Notes under the pieces: model-generated
Told to the model about the DNA's origin: nothing
The model's database searches: none
What the model saw: only the letters and a program-made list of their open reading frames with translations
NCBI GenBank assembly: GCA_041946735.1
Contig: JBHGAY010000005.1
Location: 64,001 to 128,000, forward strand
Source: Candidatus Eiseniibacteriota bacterium
GTDB lineage: Bacteria > Eisenbacteria > RBG-16-71-46 > CAIMUX01 > VGJL01
DNA length: 64,000 nucleotides
Reading direction: 5' to 3'
Part shown: piece after piece, positions 28,814-37,143 of the stretch
Position numbering within the stretch: the first letter of the stretch is position 1
Layout: every line of letters starts with the position of its first letter
Made by a program: the position numbers and the translations under genes

Positions 28814-31800
28814 GCCCGGTGCCAGGAGATGATCGGGGGAGAGGACCGATCGCGTATGTCGTGAAGATGTTTCCCCGACTCTCGGAGACATTCGTCACAA
28901 ATGAGCTTCTCGAGCTGAAGCGCCGCGGCCTCGACGTGCGGGTGCTTTCGCTGCTCCCGCCGACCGGCGCCGTCCAGTCGGAAGAGTCTCGCGCGCTGCT
29001 CGCGGATACGATCCAGGTGCCTCACTACCGGAACGGAACCGGGTTCGCTTCCCTCGTCCGATCGCATCGCCGTCTCTTGCGCCGGGATGCCGGCCGCTAT
29101 CTGCGGACCTTTGGGCTCGTCGCGCGCCGGTTTTCGGGATCTGCCTGGAAGAGGTTCCTGCAGGCGGGCGCTGTGGCGGAATGGTGCTTGGACAACGAGG
29201 TCCGACACCTGCATGCCGGCTTCGCCCACGTTCCCGCCAGCGTCGTCTGGTGGGCGAGCCGCCTGACCGGGATTCCATGGAGCTTTGCCGCTCATGCGAA
29301 GGACCTCTACCTCTCGGATCGTCGATCGCTTCGCAACAAGATGGACGCTGCCCGCTTCGTGTGGACCTGCACGGAAGCGAACGGCCGCTACCTCCGATCG
29401 CTGGGCAGCGCGACGGATGTCCACGTCGGGTATCACGGAGTCGACCTGGAGCGTTTCGGCCCGCCGCTTCACCCGACGTCTCGCGAAGGGTCAGGGTCCC
29501 GAGCGGGCGGTGCATCGATGGGCGACGGGCCGCCCACGATCCTCGCCGTCGGGCGGCTCGTCCCGAAGAAAGGCTTCGACGACCTGCTTCGCGCGGCCGC
29601 GATCCTGCAGGAGAAGCGGCTGGACTTCCGTCTCGTCTTCGTCGGCGATGGACCGCAGCGCGGCCCCCTGACGGACCTCGCCGGTCGCCTCGGCGTCGCG
29701 GGTCGCGCGCGGTTTCTCGGGAGCCTGCCTCCCGATCAGGTCAGCCGGGAATATGCGGGCGCCCGGCTGCTCGTGCTCCCTTCCATCGTCCTCGACAATG
29801 GGGACCGCGACGGAATCCCCAACGTCCTCGTGGAAGCGATGGCGATGGGGGTGCCGGTCGTCAGCACCCGGGTCTCGGCCATCCCCGAGCTGATCCGCGA
29901 CGGCGAAAACGGTCTGCTCGTCGATCCGGGCGCTCCGGCGCAGCTCGCGCGCGCGATCGACGCGGTGCTGGAGGATGCGCCGGCCGCGGCAGGCCGGGCG
30001 GCGCGCGCTCGCCTCGACGTGGCCGAGCGGTTCGATCTTCATGCGAACAGCGGAGCTCTGGCCGAACTGCTTCGCCGCCACTGCAGAGCGACGCGCGCTC
30101 TGTACGTGAGCGCCGACCTGGGAGTGCCGGTCCGGGGACACAAGGGCGCCTCGGCCCACGTCCGCGCGATCGCCAACGGTCTCGTGGAGGCGGGCCTCGC
30201 CGTGCGCGTCGTGACTCCATCGGCTGGCGAGGAGGCTTCGGAGGGCGGGAATCGATTCGACCCCCCCATCGACATCGTCTCCTGCCCTCGGTGGGCCGGC
30301 GCCCTCGTTGACCGCTCCCGGGAGCGCCGGTCTCTCTACGCATGGGCCAAAGAGGTGAGGCGCCTCGCATGGAACGGCCCGATGCATCGCCGGGTGCAGC
30401 AACTGCTCTCCGACTTCCGCCCCGACTTCGTGTACGAGCGCTATTCGCTCTGCTCGATCGCGACCGGACTCGCGTGCCGTCGCCGCCGGGTCCCATGGCT
30501 CCTCGAGGTCAACGCCCCGCTGGCGGATGAGGAGGCGGCGTATCGCGGGCTTCGGTTCCGGTGGCTGACGCGGCGACTCGAGCGCTGGATCCTCCGCCAT
30601 GCCGACCACGTATTTGTGGTCTCGCACCCGCTCCGGAGATGGGCTCTCGATGCCGGCGTATCTCCCGAGCGGTTGTCGGTCCTTCCGAATGCGGTCGACA
30701 CCGGGCTCTTCCGTCCCGGCGTCCCGGGCGTTGTCGAGAGGCGCCGCTCGTGGGAGTGGAGCGAAGAGGAGATCATCGTTGGCTTCGCTGGCTCCCTCAA
30801 GCCATGGCACGGAGGAGCTCTGCTGCTCGCCGCGTTCGAGCGCGCCATGGAAAGGGATCCGCGCCTCCGCCTCTGCATCATCGGGGACGGTCCGGAGAGG
30901 AAGGAGATCGAAAGGCGTGCGCGGCGCCGCGGCCTCGCCTCCGTCGTCCGCCTGACCGGTGCGGTGCCTCAGCGGGAAGTTCCGTCCATGCTCCGGGCAT
31001 GCGACATCCTCGTCGCCCCGTACCTGCCGCAGCCGAACCCCTACTTCTCGCCGCTGAAGGTCCTCGAGTATCTCGCCGTCGGGCGGCCCGTCCTCGCTTC
31101 CCGGATCGCGGACCTACCGGACCTCGTCACACCGGAATGCGGTCTTCTCCTCCCTCCCGGGGATCGTGCGGCTCTGCGCGATGCGATCCTCGACCTCGCC
31201 CGAGACCCGCGTCGGCGTGAGGCGATGGGGAAGGCGGCCGCCGACCGCGCGGCTCGCGAGGATTGGTCGGGCCGGGTCCGAACGATTCTCCTCGAGGCGC
31301 GACAGCGGCGGAGCGGCGGCGCGGCCCGGCCGCCCGCCACGTCGACGCGCGTCGCCTACGTGCTCAAGATGTTTCCCCGCTTCTCGGAGACTTTCATCGT
31401 CTCGGAGATCGTCGAGCTGGAGCGCCAGGGGCTCGAGATCCGCGTCTTCTCGATGAAGCAGCCGGCAGGCCGGCGGCAGGACGATGTGGACCGGGTCCGA
31501 GCGCGGGTGAGCGTGCTGCCGTGCGGCCTGGCCGCCCGCGGCGCGGTCCCCGCCGCCATCCGATGCCTGATCCACCATCCGCGCGGCTCGTTCCGCGCCT
31601 TCCGTTTCGCCGTCGGGCGCCGCGACCACCGGGCGCTCGTCAAGCTGTGGCAGGCGGCATTCGTCGCCGACCGCTCGCGGCGCGAGGGGATCGGGCACCT
31701 CCATGCGCACTTCGCGAGCGGTCCGACGCGAGTCGCGAAGCTCGCCTCGATGATCAGCGGGATTCCGTTCTCCTTCACGGCGCATGCGAAGGATCTCTAC

Positions 31801-32823
31801 TGGAGCGGGCACCAGCACACCGAGAGCCACAAGCTGAAGAAGCGGGTGAAGCTCGCGCGTTTCGTCGTCTCGGTCAGCAAGCGCAACGAGGACTTCCTCG
31901 GCAGCCTCGGATTCAGGGTCAAGGAGGGGAGGATCCGGACGATCTATCTCGGGCTGCGCCTCGAGGAGTTCCCCTTCGTGCCCCCCTCGGCCCGTCCGTC
32001 CGTTCGAGTGCCTCTGATTCTCGCGGTCGGGCGCCTGGTCGAGAAGAAGGGATTCCATCCGCTGATCGAAGCTTTGGCAACGTTGCGCGACCGTGGGGTC
32101 GCGTTTCGATGCATCGTGGCCGGTGAGGGTCCGGAGAAGGACCGGCTGCAGGATCGAATCCGAACGGCGCGGCTCGCCGGTCGGGTCCGTCTGGCAGGAC
32201 CGGTGCCTTTGACTCGCCTGAAGAGCCGTCTTTACCCCGCCGCGCGCGTCCTGGCGCAGCCATGCGTCGTAAGCGGCGACGGGGACCAGGACGGGATCCC
32301 CATCGTGCTCATGGAGGCGATGGCGAGCGGCCTGCCAATCGTCTCCACGCGCGTTTCGGGGATCCCTGAAGCGATCGAGGACGGGGTGGAAGGATTTCTG
32401 ACCGAGCCGGGGGACGTCGAGGCCCTCGCCGGCCGGATCGAACAGCTCCTCACGCGCCCCATCCTCGCGGAGCGGATCGCGCACGCCGCCCGGGCGCGGG
32501 CGGAGCGGCAGTTCAACCTGCACGCCAACGTCGGGTCGTTGCGGAAGCTGTTTCTTCGATCGCTCGCGGGATGGCCCGCCCCCGCTGTGCCGCCAGGGAT
32601 CTCCCGGCCGGCCGAACGATCCGAAGCGGGAGCGGAAGCGGGAATCGCGCCATCCGGGATCTTCGTGCCCGAGGAGGAGACCGCGCCGGCGCAGGCCGCC
32701 CCGGCGCAGGCACGGGGCGGCTGCGTGTCCGCCGCCGTTCCGGCCCATGCCGAGGCGGCTCTCCTCGCCGGCGCTCCTTGCGAGGCGCGCGGACAGTCCA
32801 CCGCCTCCCGGGCCGGCTCATGA
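28810..32823 (+). CDS. Triple GT4 glycosyltransferase fusion
   Basis: Three complete GT-B modules in one frame, with signatures RDGIPNVLVEAMA, FSPLKVLEYLA and QDGIPIVLMEAMA; ATGA overlaps at both ends. Confidence 0.92.
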   Translation: MSPVPGDDRGRGPIAYVVKMFPRLSETFVTNELLELKRRGLDVRVLSLLPPTGAVQSEESRALLADTIQVPHYRNGTGFASLVRSHRRLLRRDAGRYLRTFGLVARRFSGSAWKRFLQAGAVAEWCLDNEVRHLHAGFAHVPASVVWWASRLTGIPWSFAAHAKDLYLSDRRSLRNKMDAARFVWTCTEANGRYLRSLGSATDVHVGYHGVDLERFGPPLHPTSREGSGSRAGGASMGDGPPTILAVGRLVPKKGFDDLLRAAAILQEKRLDFRLVFVGDGPQRGPLTDLAGRLGVAGRARFLGSLPPDQVSREYAGARLLVLPSIVLDNGDRDGIPNVLVEAMAMGVPVVSTRVSAIPELIRDGENGLLVDPGAPAQLARAIDAVLEDAPAAAGRAARARLDVAERFDLHANSGALAELLRRHCRATRALYVSADLGVPVRGHKGASAHVRAIANGLVEAGLAVRVVTPSAGEEASEGGNRFDPPIDIVSCPRWAGALVDRSRERRSLYAWAKEVRRLAWNGPMHRRVQQLLSDFRPDFVYERYSLCSIATGLACRRRRVPWLLEVNAPLADEEAAYRGLRFRWLTRRLERWILRHADHVFVVSHPLRRWALDAGVSPERLSVLPNAVDTGLFRPGVPGVVERRRSWEWSEEEIIVGFAGSLKPWHGGALLLAAFERAMERDPRLRLCIIGDGPERKEIERRARRRGLASVVRLTGAVPQREVPSMLRACDILVAPYLPQPNPYFSPLKVLEYLAVGRPVLASRIADLPDLVTPECGLLLPPGDRAALRDAILDLARDPRRREAMGKAAADRAAREDWSGRVRTILLEARQRRSGGAARPPATSTRVAYVLKMFPRFSETFIVSEIVELERQGLEIRVFSMKQPAGRRQDDVDRVRARVSVLPCGLAARGAVPAAIRCLIHHPRGSFRAFRFAVGRRDHRALVKLWQAAFVADRSRREGIGHLHAHFASGPTRVAKLASMISGIPFSFTAHAKDLYWSGHQHTESHKLKKRVKLARFVVSVSKRNEDFLGSLGFRVKEGRIRTIYLGLRLEEFPFVPPSARPSVRVPLILAVGRLVEKKGFHPLIEALATLRDRGVAFRCIVAGEGPEKDRLQDRIRTARLAGRVRLAGPVPLTRLKSRLYPAARVLAQPCVVSGDGDQDGIPIVLMEAMASGLPIVSTRVSGIPEAIEDGVEGFLTEPGDVEALAGRIEQLLTRPILAERIAHAARARAERQFNLHANVGSLRKLFLRSLAGWPAPAVPPGISRPAERSEAGAEAGIAPSGIFVPEEETAPAQAAPAQARGGCVSAAVPAHAEAALLAGAPCEARGQSTASRAGS

Positions 32824-34697
32824 TCGCGACGGTGCGCCGGCGACTACGGGACTTGCGGCGCGCCCTGCGCCTTCAGAGCGAGTTCCGCGTCTATCTCCGC
32901 CCGCATCGTGGCCGGCTGGCGATCGTGATCCTGCTCTCGGCGCTGTACGCGTCGCTGCGTCTGCTCGAGCCGTGGCCGCTGCAGATCGTCTTCGATGGCG
33001 TCTTGCTGGGCAAGACAGTCCACTTCCTCGGCATCGACGTGCTGAAACTCGCGGGAGGGGATCGCGGGACGCTGCTCGCCCTCGGATCGCTCGCCTTGCT
33101 CGGGGTCGCGAGCCTCTCCGGTTTCGTCTACTACATCCAGAGCGTGATGATCGCGAGGATCGGGCAGGACGTGGTGCGATCGATGCGCGAGGACGTGTTC
33201 CATCAGCTGCAGCGCCTCTCCCTCCCGTTCCATCACCGCACCACCAGCGGCGACCTGCTGATGCGACTGACGGGCGACATGATCCTGCTGCGCGAGATGA
33301 TCCTGGCAAGCCTGGTCACTCTCGCGACGCAGATGCTCGTCCTGATCGCCGTCCTCGCTCTCATGCTGACGGTCAGCCCGCCGCTCACGCTCGTGGCGGT
33401 CGTGCTGGCTCCGCTGCTGTTCCTCCTGTTCCGCTCCTTCCGCACGAAGATGGTGGCGGCCGCTCGCGCGCAACGCCGCCGCGAGGGGTCGCTCGCTTCC
33501 TCGCTCGAGGAAGTGCTGCTCTCGATGCCGATGATCCAGGCGTACACCGCGGAGGCTCTCGAGGATGAGCGATTCCGGCACCTGTCGAAGAGGAGCGCGC
33601 GCGCGGGCCTGCGTGGCGCGCGTCTCGAGGCGGGCATGCAGCGGATGGTGGAGATCAGCGTGGCGCTCGGAACCTGTCTGGTCCTCTGGATCGGGGCGCG
33701 CCAGGTGCTGGGCGGCTCTCTGACGCCCGGAGAGTTCCTCGTCTTCCTCGCCTACCTGAGAACCCTCTATCGTCCGGTGCGCGGAATCGCGAAGGTGGCG
33801 GAGCGAACGGCGCGCGCTTCGGCCGCGGCGGAGAGGGTGCTGGAGATCCTCCGGGCGAAGAGGGAGACGCGCGACAGCAAGGATGCCGTCGTCGCCCCGC
33901 CCCTGCGGGGAGAGATCCGTTTCACGAACGTCGGCTTCACGTACGAGAACGGGACGACCGCGCTGCGGGACGTCAGCTTCCACATTCGGCCCGGGGAGCG
34001 GATCGCGCTGGTCGGGCCGACGGGCGCGGGGAAGTCCACCCTGTTCGCGCTGCTGCTCCGCTTCTACCGCCCGGCTTCGGGCCGGATCGAGATCGACGGC
34101 CGGAAGGTCCGGCACTATACCCTCGCGAGCCTGCGGCGTCAGATCACCCTTCTTCCGCAGGAGCCTTTCCTCGTCGCCGCCACGGTGCGCGAGAACCTGC
34201 TGTACGGCAAGCCCGAGGCGAGCGATGAGGAACTGATCCTCGCGCTCCGGGCCGCGGCCTTGGAGGACTGGTTCGCCTCGCTCCCGCATGGGCTCGACAC
34301 GAGGATCCAGTCCCGTGGCCAGTCCCTCTCGGGCGGGCAGCGTCAAAGGATCGCGATCGCCCGCGCGACCCTGAAGGACGCGCCGATTCTCCTGCTCGAC
34401 GAGCCGACGACGGGTCTCGACGCGAGGAGCGAGCGGGAGGTGCTCGACAGCCTCGATCGCTTGCTGCACCGCCGGACCACGATCACGATCGCGCATCGCT
34501 TCTCCACGTTTCGCGGAGCAGACCGGGTCCTCGTCCTCGATCGGGGAGAGCTGATCGAGGATGGCTCCCCGGATCGCCTGCTCGCCACCGATTCGCTGTT
34601 TCGAGTGCTTTCGGAGATCCAGGGGGTGGCCGCCTCCGGCACGAACGAAGGCAGGCCGTCCCAGGGACCCAGGGAGGGGACGGTATGGTGTCCATGA
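32820..34697 (+). CDS. ABC exporter, fused TMD-NBD (MsbA-like)
   Basis: TM domain, GPTGAGKST, LSGGQRQRIAIARA, LLLDEPT, IAHR. Confidence 0.95.
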   Translation: MIATVRRRLRDLRRALRLQSEFRVYLRPHRGRLAIVILLSALYASLRLLEPWPLQIVFDGVLLGKTVHFLGIDVLKLAGGDRGTLLALGSLALLGVASLSGFVYYIQSVMIARIGQDVVRSMREDVFHQLQRLSLPFHHRTTSGDLLMRLTGDMILLREMILASLVTLATQMLVLIAVLALMLTVSPPLTLVAVVLAPLLFLLFRSFRTKMVAAARAQRRREGSLASSLEEVLLSMPMIQAYTAEALEDERFRHLSKRSARAGLRGARLEAGMQRMVEISVALGTCLVLWIGARQVLGGSLTPGEFLVFLAYLRTLYRPVRGIAKVAERTARASAAAERVLEILRAKRETRDSKDAVVAPPLRGEIRFTNVGFTYENGTTALRDVSFHIRPGERIALVGPTGAGKSTLFALLLRFYRPASGRIEIDGRKVRHYTLASLRRQITLLPQEPFLVAATVRENLLYGKPEASDEELILALRAAALEDWFASLPHGLDTRIQSRGQSLSGGQRQRIAIARATLKDAPILLLDEPTTGLDARSEREVLDSLDRLLHRRTTITIAHRFSTFRGADRVLVLDRGELIEDGSPDRLLATDSLFRVLSEIQGVAASGTNEGRPSQGPREGTVWCP

Positions 34698-35854
34698 GGT
34701 TCCATCTGGAGGGAAGCCTGTCTCCCGATCCCGCGGTGCGAGGAGTGGAGCGGCTTCTGGAACCGGACGGGGCGCGGCGATTCGTGCGAGACCTGCGGGC
34801 GAACGGGATCGCGAGCCGGTCCGCACGCGTCCGCGCTGCCGTCGTCAAGCAACGGCCCGGCCAGCGCGCCGTCCTGCGGATCGAGGTGGAAGAAGGCGGA
34901 CCGGGAGATGGCAGCGATGCGGACATCACCCGGGACGAGGCAGTCGCGGTGTGGTACGCGAAGCTCTGCCGGTCCTCTTCGGCGTGGAAACGTCTCTACG
35001 ATCCCGGCCTCTTCGAGCTGGCGGACCGCGCCGCGCAGGCGGGTGTCCAGGTTCCGTTGCCGGTCGTCTGGCTCCCGCGCTTCCGGGCGCTCCTCACGAA
35101 GTACGCGCCGGGCACTCCTCTCGTCGGCATCCTCGGTACGGAGACTTCCGGCGACACGCTGGCGCAATTCGGGCTGGCGCTGGGACGCCTGCACCTGCTT
35201 CTCCCTTTGTGCGGCGAGGCGCGAGGCCCGGCGTTCGAGAGAGAGCAGATCCTTCATGCACGGGATCGCTACTTGAAGGACAACCGGCCGGAGCTGCTCG
35301 CCTCCTTCGACGAGAGGATGCGCGACTGGTGGGAGCAGCGTCCGGCGGAACTCGACGAAGCGGATCGCCCGCTCGTCTGTCTCCACGGGGACCTTCATCT
35401 CCGGCAGATCCTGTGCCGTGATCGGGACGAGGAGGCTTTCCCATTCGCGCTCCTCGACTGGGACAGCGTCTGTTCGGGGGATGCCGAGCGGGACGTGGCG
35501 AATCTCCTGGCGCATCTGCTGCTCGAGGCCGAAGCAGGACGCTGCCCGCGCGAGAAGTGCTACGCGGGGATCCGCCGCCTGCTCCATGGGTACGAGGCCG
35601 TTCGGTCCCTCGACCCTGCCCGCACGAACTGGTACCTGACGGGGACGCTGCTGCGCCTGGCCGCGCTCCACGCATCGCCCGTCTTCGGACCGATCACCCC
35701 TGTCCCGGCCTCACTCTCTCCGGCGATTCTCGCCGCCACGCGGAGGGTGGAGACGTTTGGCGGCGGGAACGGGATCGAAGGGTCCTCGGCACGCGAGACG
35801 CTCGAGAAAGGCGCGCCCTCGTGGCCGATAGGCAACGGTTCGGGTCTGTGCTAG
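34685..35854 (+). CDS. APH/choline kinase-like phosphotransferase
   Basis: WYAKL, LHGDLHLRQIL, LLDWD, GDAERDVANL. Confidence 0.85.
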   Translation: MVSMRFHLEGSLSPDPAVRGVERLLEPDGARRFVRDLRANGIASRSARVRAAVVKQRPGQRAVLRIEVEEGGPGDGSDADITRDEAVAVWYAKLCRSSSAWKRLYDPGLFELADRAAQAGVQVPLPVVWLPRFRALLTKYAPGTPLVGILGTETSGDTLAQFGLALGRLHLLLPLCGEARGPAFEREQILHARDRYLKDNRPELLASFDERMRDWWEQRPAELDEADRPLVCLHGDLHLRQILCRDRDEEAFPFALLDWDSVCSGDAERDVANLLAHLLLEAEAGRCPREKCYAGIRRLLHGYEAVRSLDPARTNWYLTGTLLRLAALHASPVFGPITPVPASLSPAILAATRRVETFGGGNGIEGSSARETLEKGAPSWPIGNGSGLC

Positions 35855-37143
35855 GCGGCTCGTGAGGCGCGCCGGTTTCGGATCGGCTCGCCCCGGAGCG
35901 AGCCGCCCCGGATCCCTTTCTCCTCGAGCAGCTCGTCGTAGAGCGCCTCGATGTCGCGTAGCAGGCGATCGGCGCCGAAGCGTTGCACGACCTTTGCGAC
36001 GTCCGAGCGTTCCGCGCGCTGCCCTGGACGATCGAGGTAGCGCCGCATCGCCGCGGCGAGAGCCCGCGGATCGCGATCGGCGACGAGCGTCGCCAGCGGA
36101 TAGCCGCGCACGATCTCCGGCACCCCACCCACGCTCGTGCAGACGACCGGGATGCCCGCCGCCATCGCTTCGATCACGGCGACCGGCGTCCCCTCGTTCT
36201 TCGAGGTGAGCAGCAGAAGGTCGAGATCGGCGAGGATTCGATCGAGATCGGTCCGGTAGCCGAGGAAGGTGATGCGTCCGGCAAGGCCGAGCGAACGCGC
36301 CTGCTCTTCGAGCGGCCCGCGTAGCGCGCCATCCCCGACGACGACGAACCGGACGGGATGGGGAAGCGTCTCGATGGCGGCCGACGCCGCCTGCAGAAGC
36401 AGGTCGGGGTTCTTCACATCCGTCAATCGTCCCACCCAACCGACCAGCCGTTCCCGTGCGCCCGCCCCGATCTCGGCCCGCAGCGAACGGCGCAGCGCGC
36501 TCGACGCGGCGAAGCGGGCGAGGTCCAACCCCAGCGGCACGACCCGCACCTTCTCGGGCGGGGCGACGCGATGCCGTTCGCACAGCTCGCGCTTCTGGCT
36601 CTCGGAGATCACGACGATCCGGTCGCTGACCGCCGCGAGCATCCGCTCCGCCTCGGTGAACGCCTGGCTGACCGGGGCTGCGAAATAGCCGTCGAGGACA
36701 TGTCCATGGAAGGTGTGGACGACGATCGGCACGCCGCACGCGCGCGCCGCAAGCCGGCCGAGGGCGCCGGCCTTCGCGGTATGCGTGTGGACGATCCAAG
36801 GCCGCTCCCGCCGGAAGATCCGGCAGAGATCGGCGAATGCGGCGACGTCGCGCACCGGATGGACGCTCCGGCGCATCCTACCAAGCCGGTGCGCCCGCAC
36901 GCCGATCGCCCGCGCCGCATCGAGGAGGTCCTTCTCGCCTGGCTCCGTCGCACCGCCGATCAGGACGGTCCGGAAGCGCGAGGGATTCAGCCGGGACGAG
37001 AGCAGGATCGTCTGCTGCGCCGGGCCGCCGACGCAGATCCGGCTCTGCACGCGGCAGATCGGAATCCGCCCGCCACGCTCGCTTCGCCCGCTCCGCCCGC
37101 TCCGGCCGCTCTTCTCGATCCGCCCGCTCCGCCCGCTCCTCAC
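35851..37143 (-). CDS. GT4 glycosyltransferase
   Basis: GGPAQQ, HTHTAKAGALGRLAA, VHTFHGH, NEGTPVAVIEAMAAG. Confidence 0.93.
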   Translation of the reverse strand: MRSGRSGRIEKSGRSGRSGRSERGGRIPICRVQSRICVGGPAQQTILLSSRLNPSRFRTVLIGGATEPGEKDLLDAARAIGVRAHRLGRMRRSVHPVRDVAAFADLCRIFRRERPWIVHTHTAKAGALGRLAARACGVPIVVHTFHGHVLDGYFAAPVSQAFTEAERMLAAVSDRIVVISESQKRELCERHRVAPPEKVRVVPLGLDLARFAASSALRRSLRAEIGAGARERLVGWVGRLTDVKNPDLLLQAASAAIETLPHPVRFVVVGDGALRGPLEEQARSLGLAGRITFLGYRTDLDRILADLDLLLLTSKNEGTPVAVIEAMAAGIPVVCTSVGGVPEIVRGYPLATLVADRDPRALAAAMRRYLDRPGQRAERSDVAKVVQRFGADRLLRDIEALYDELLEEKGIRGGSLRGEPIRNRRASRAA

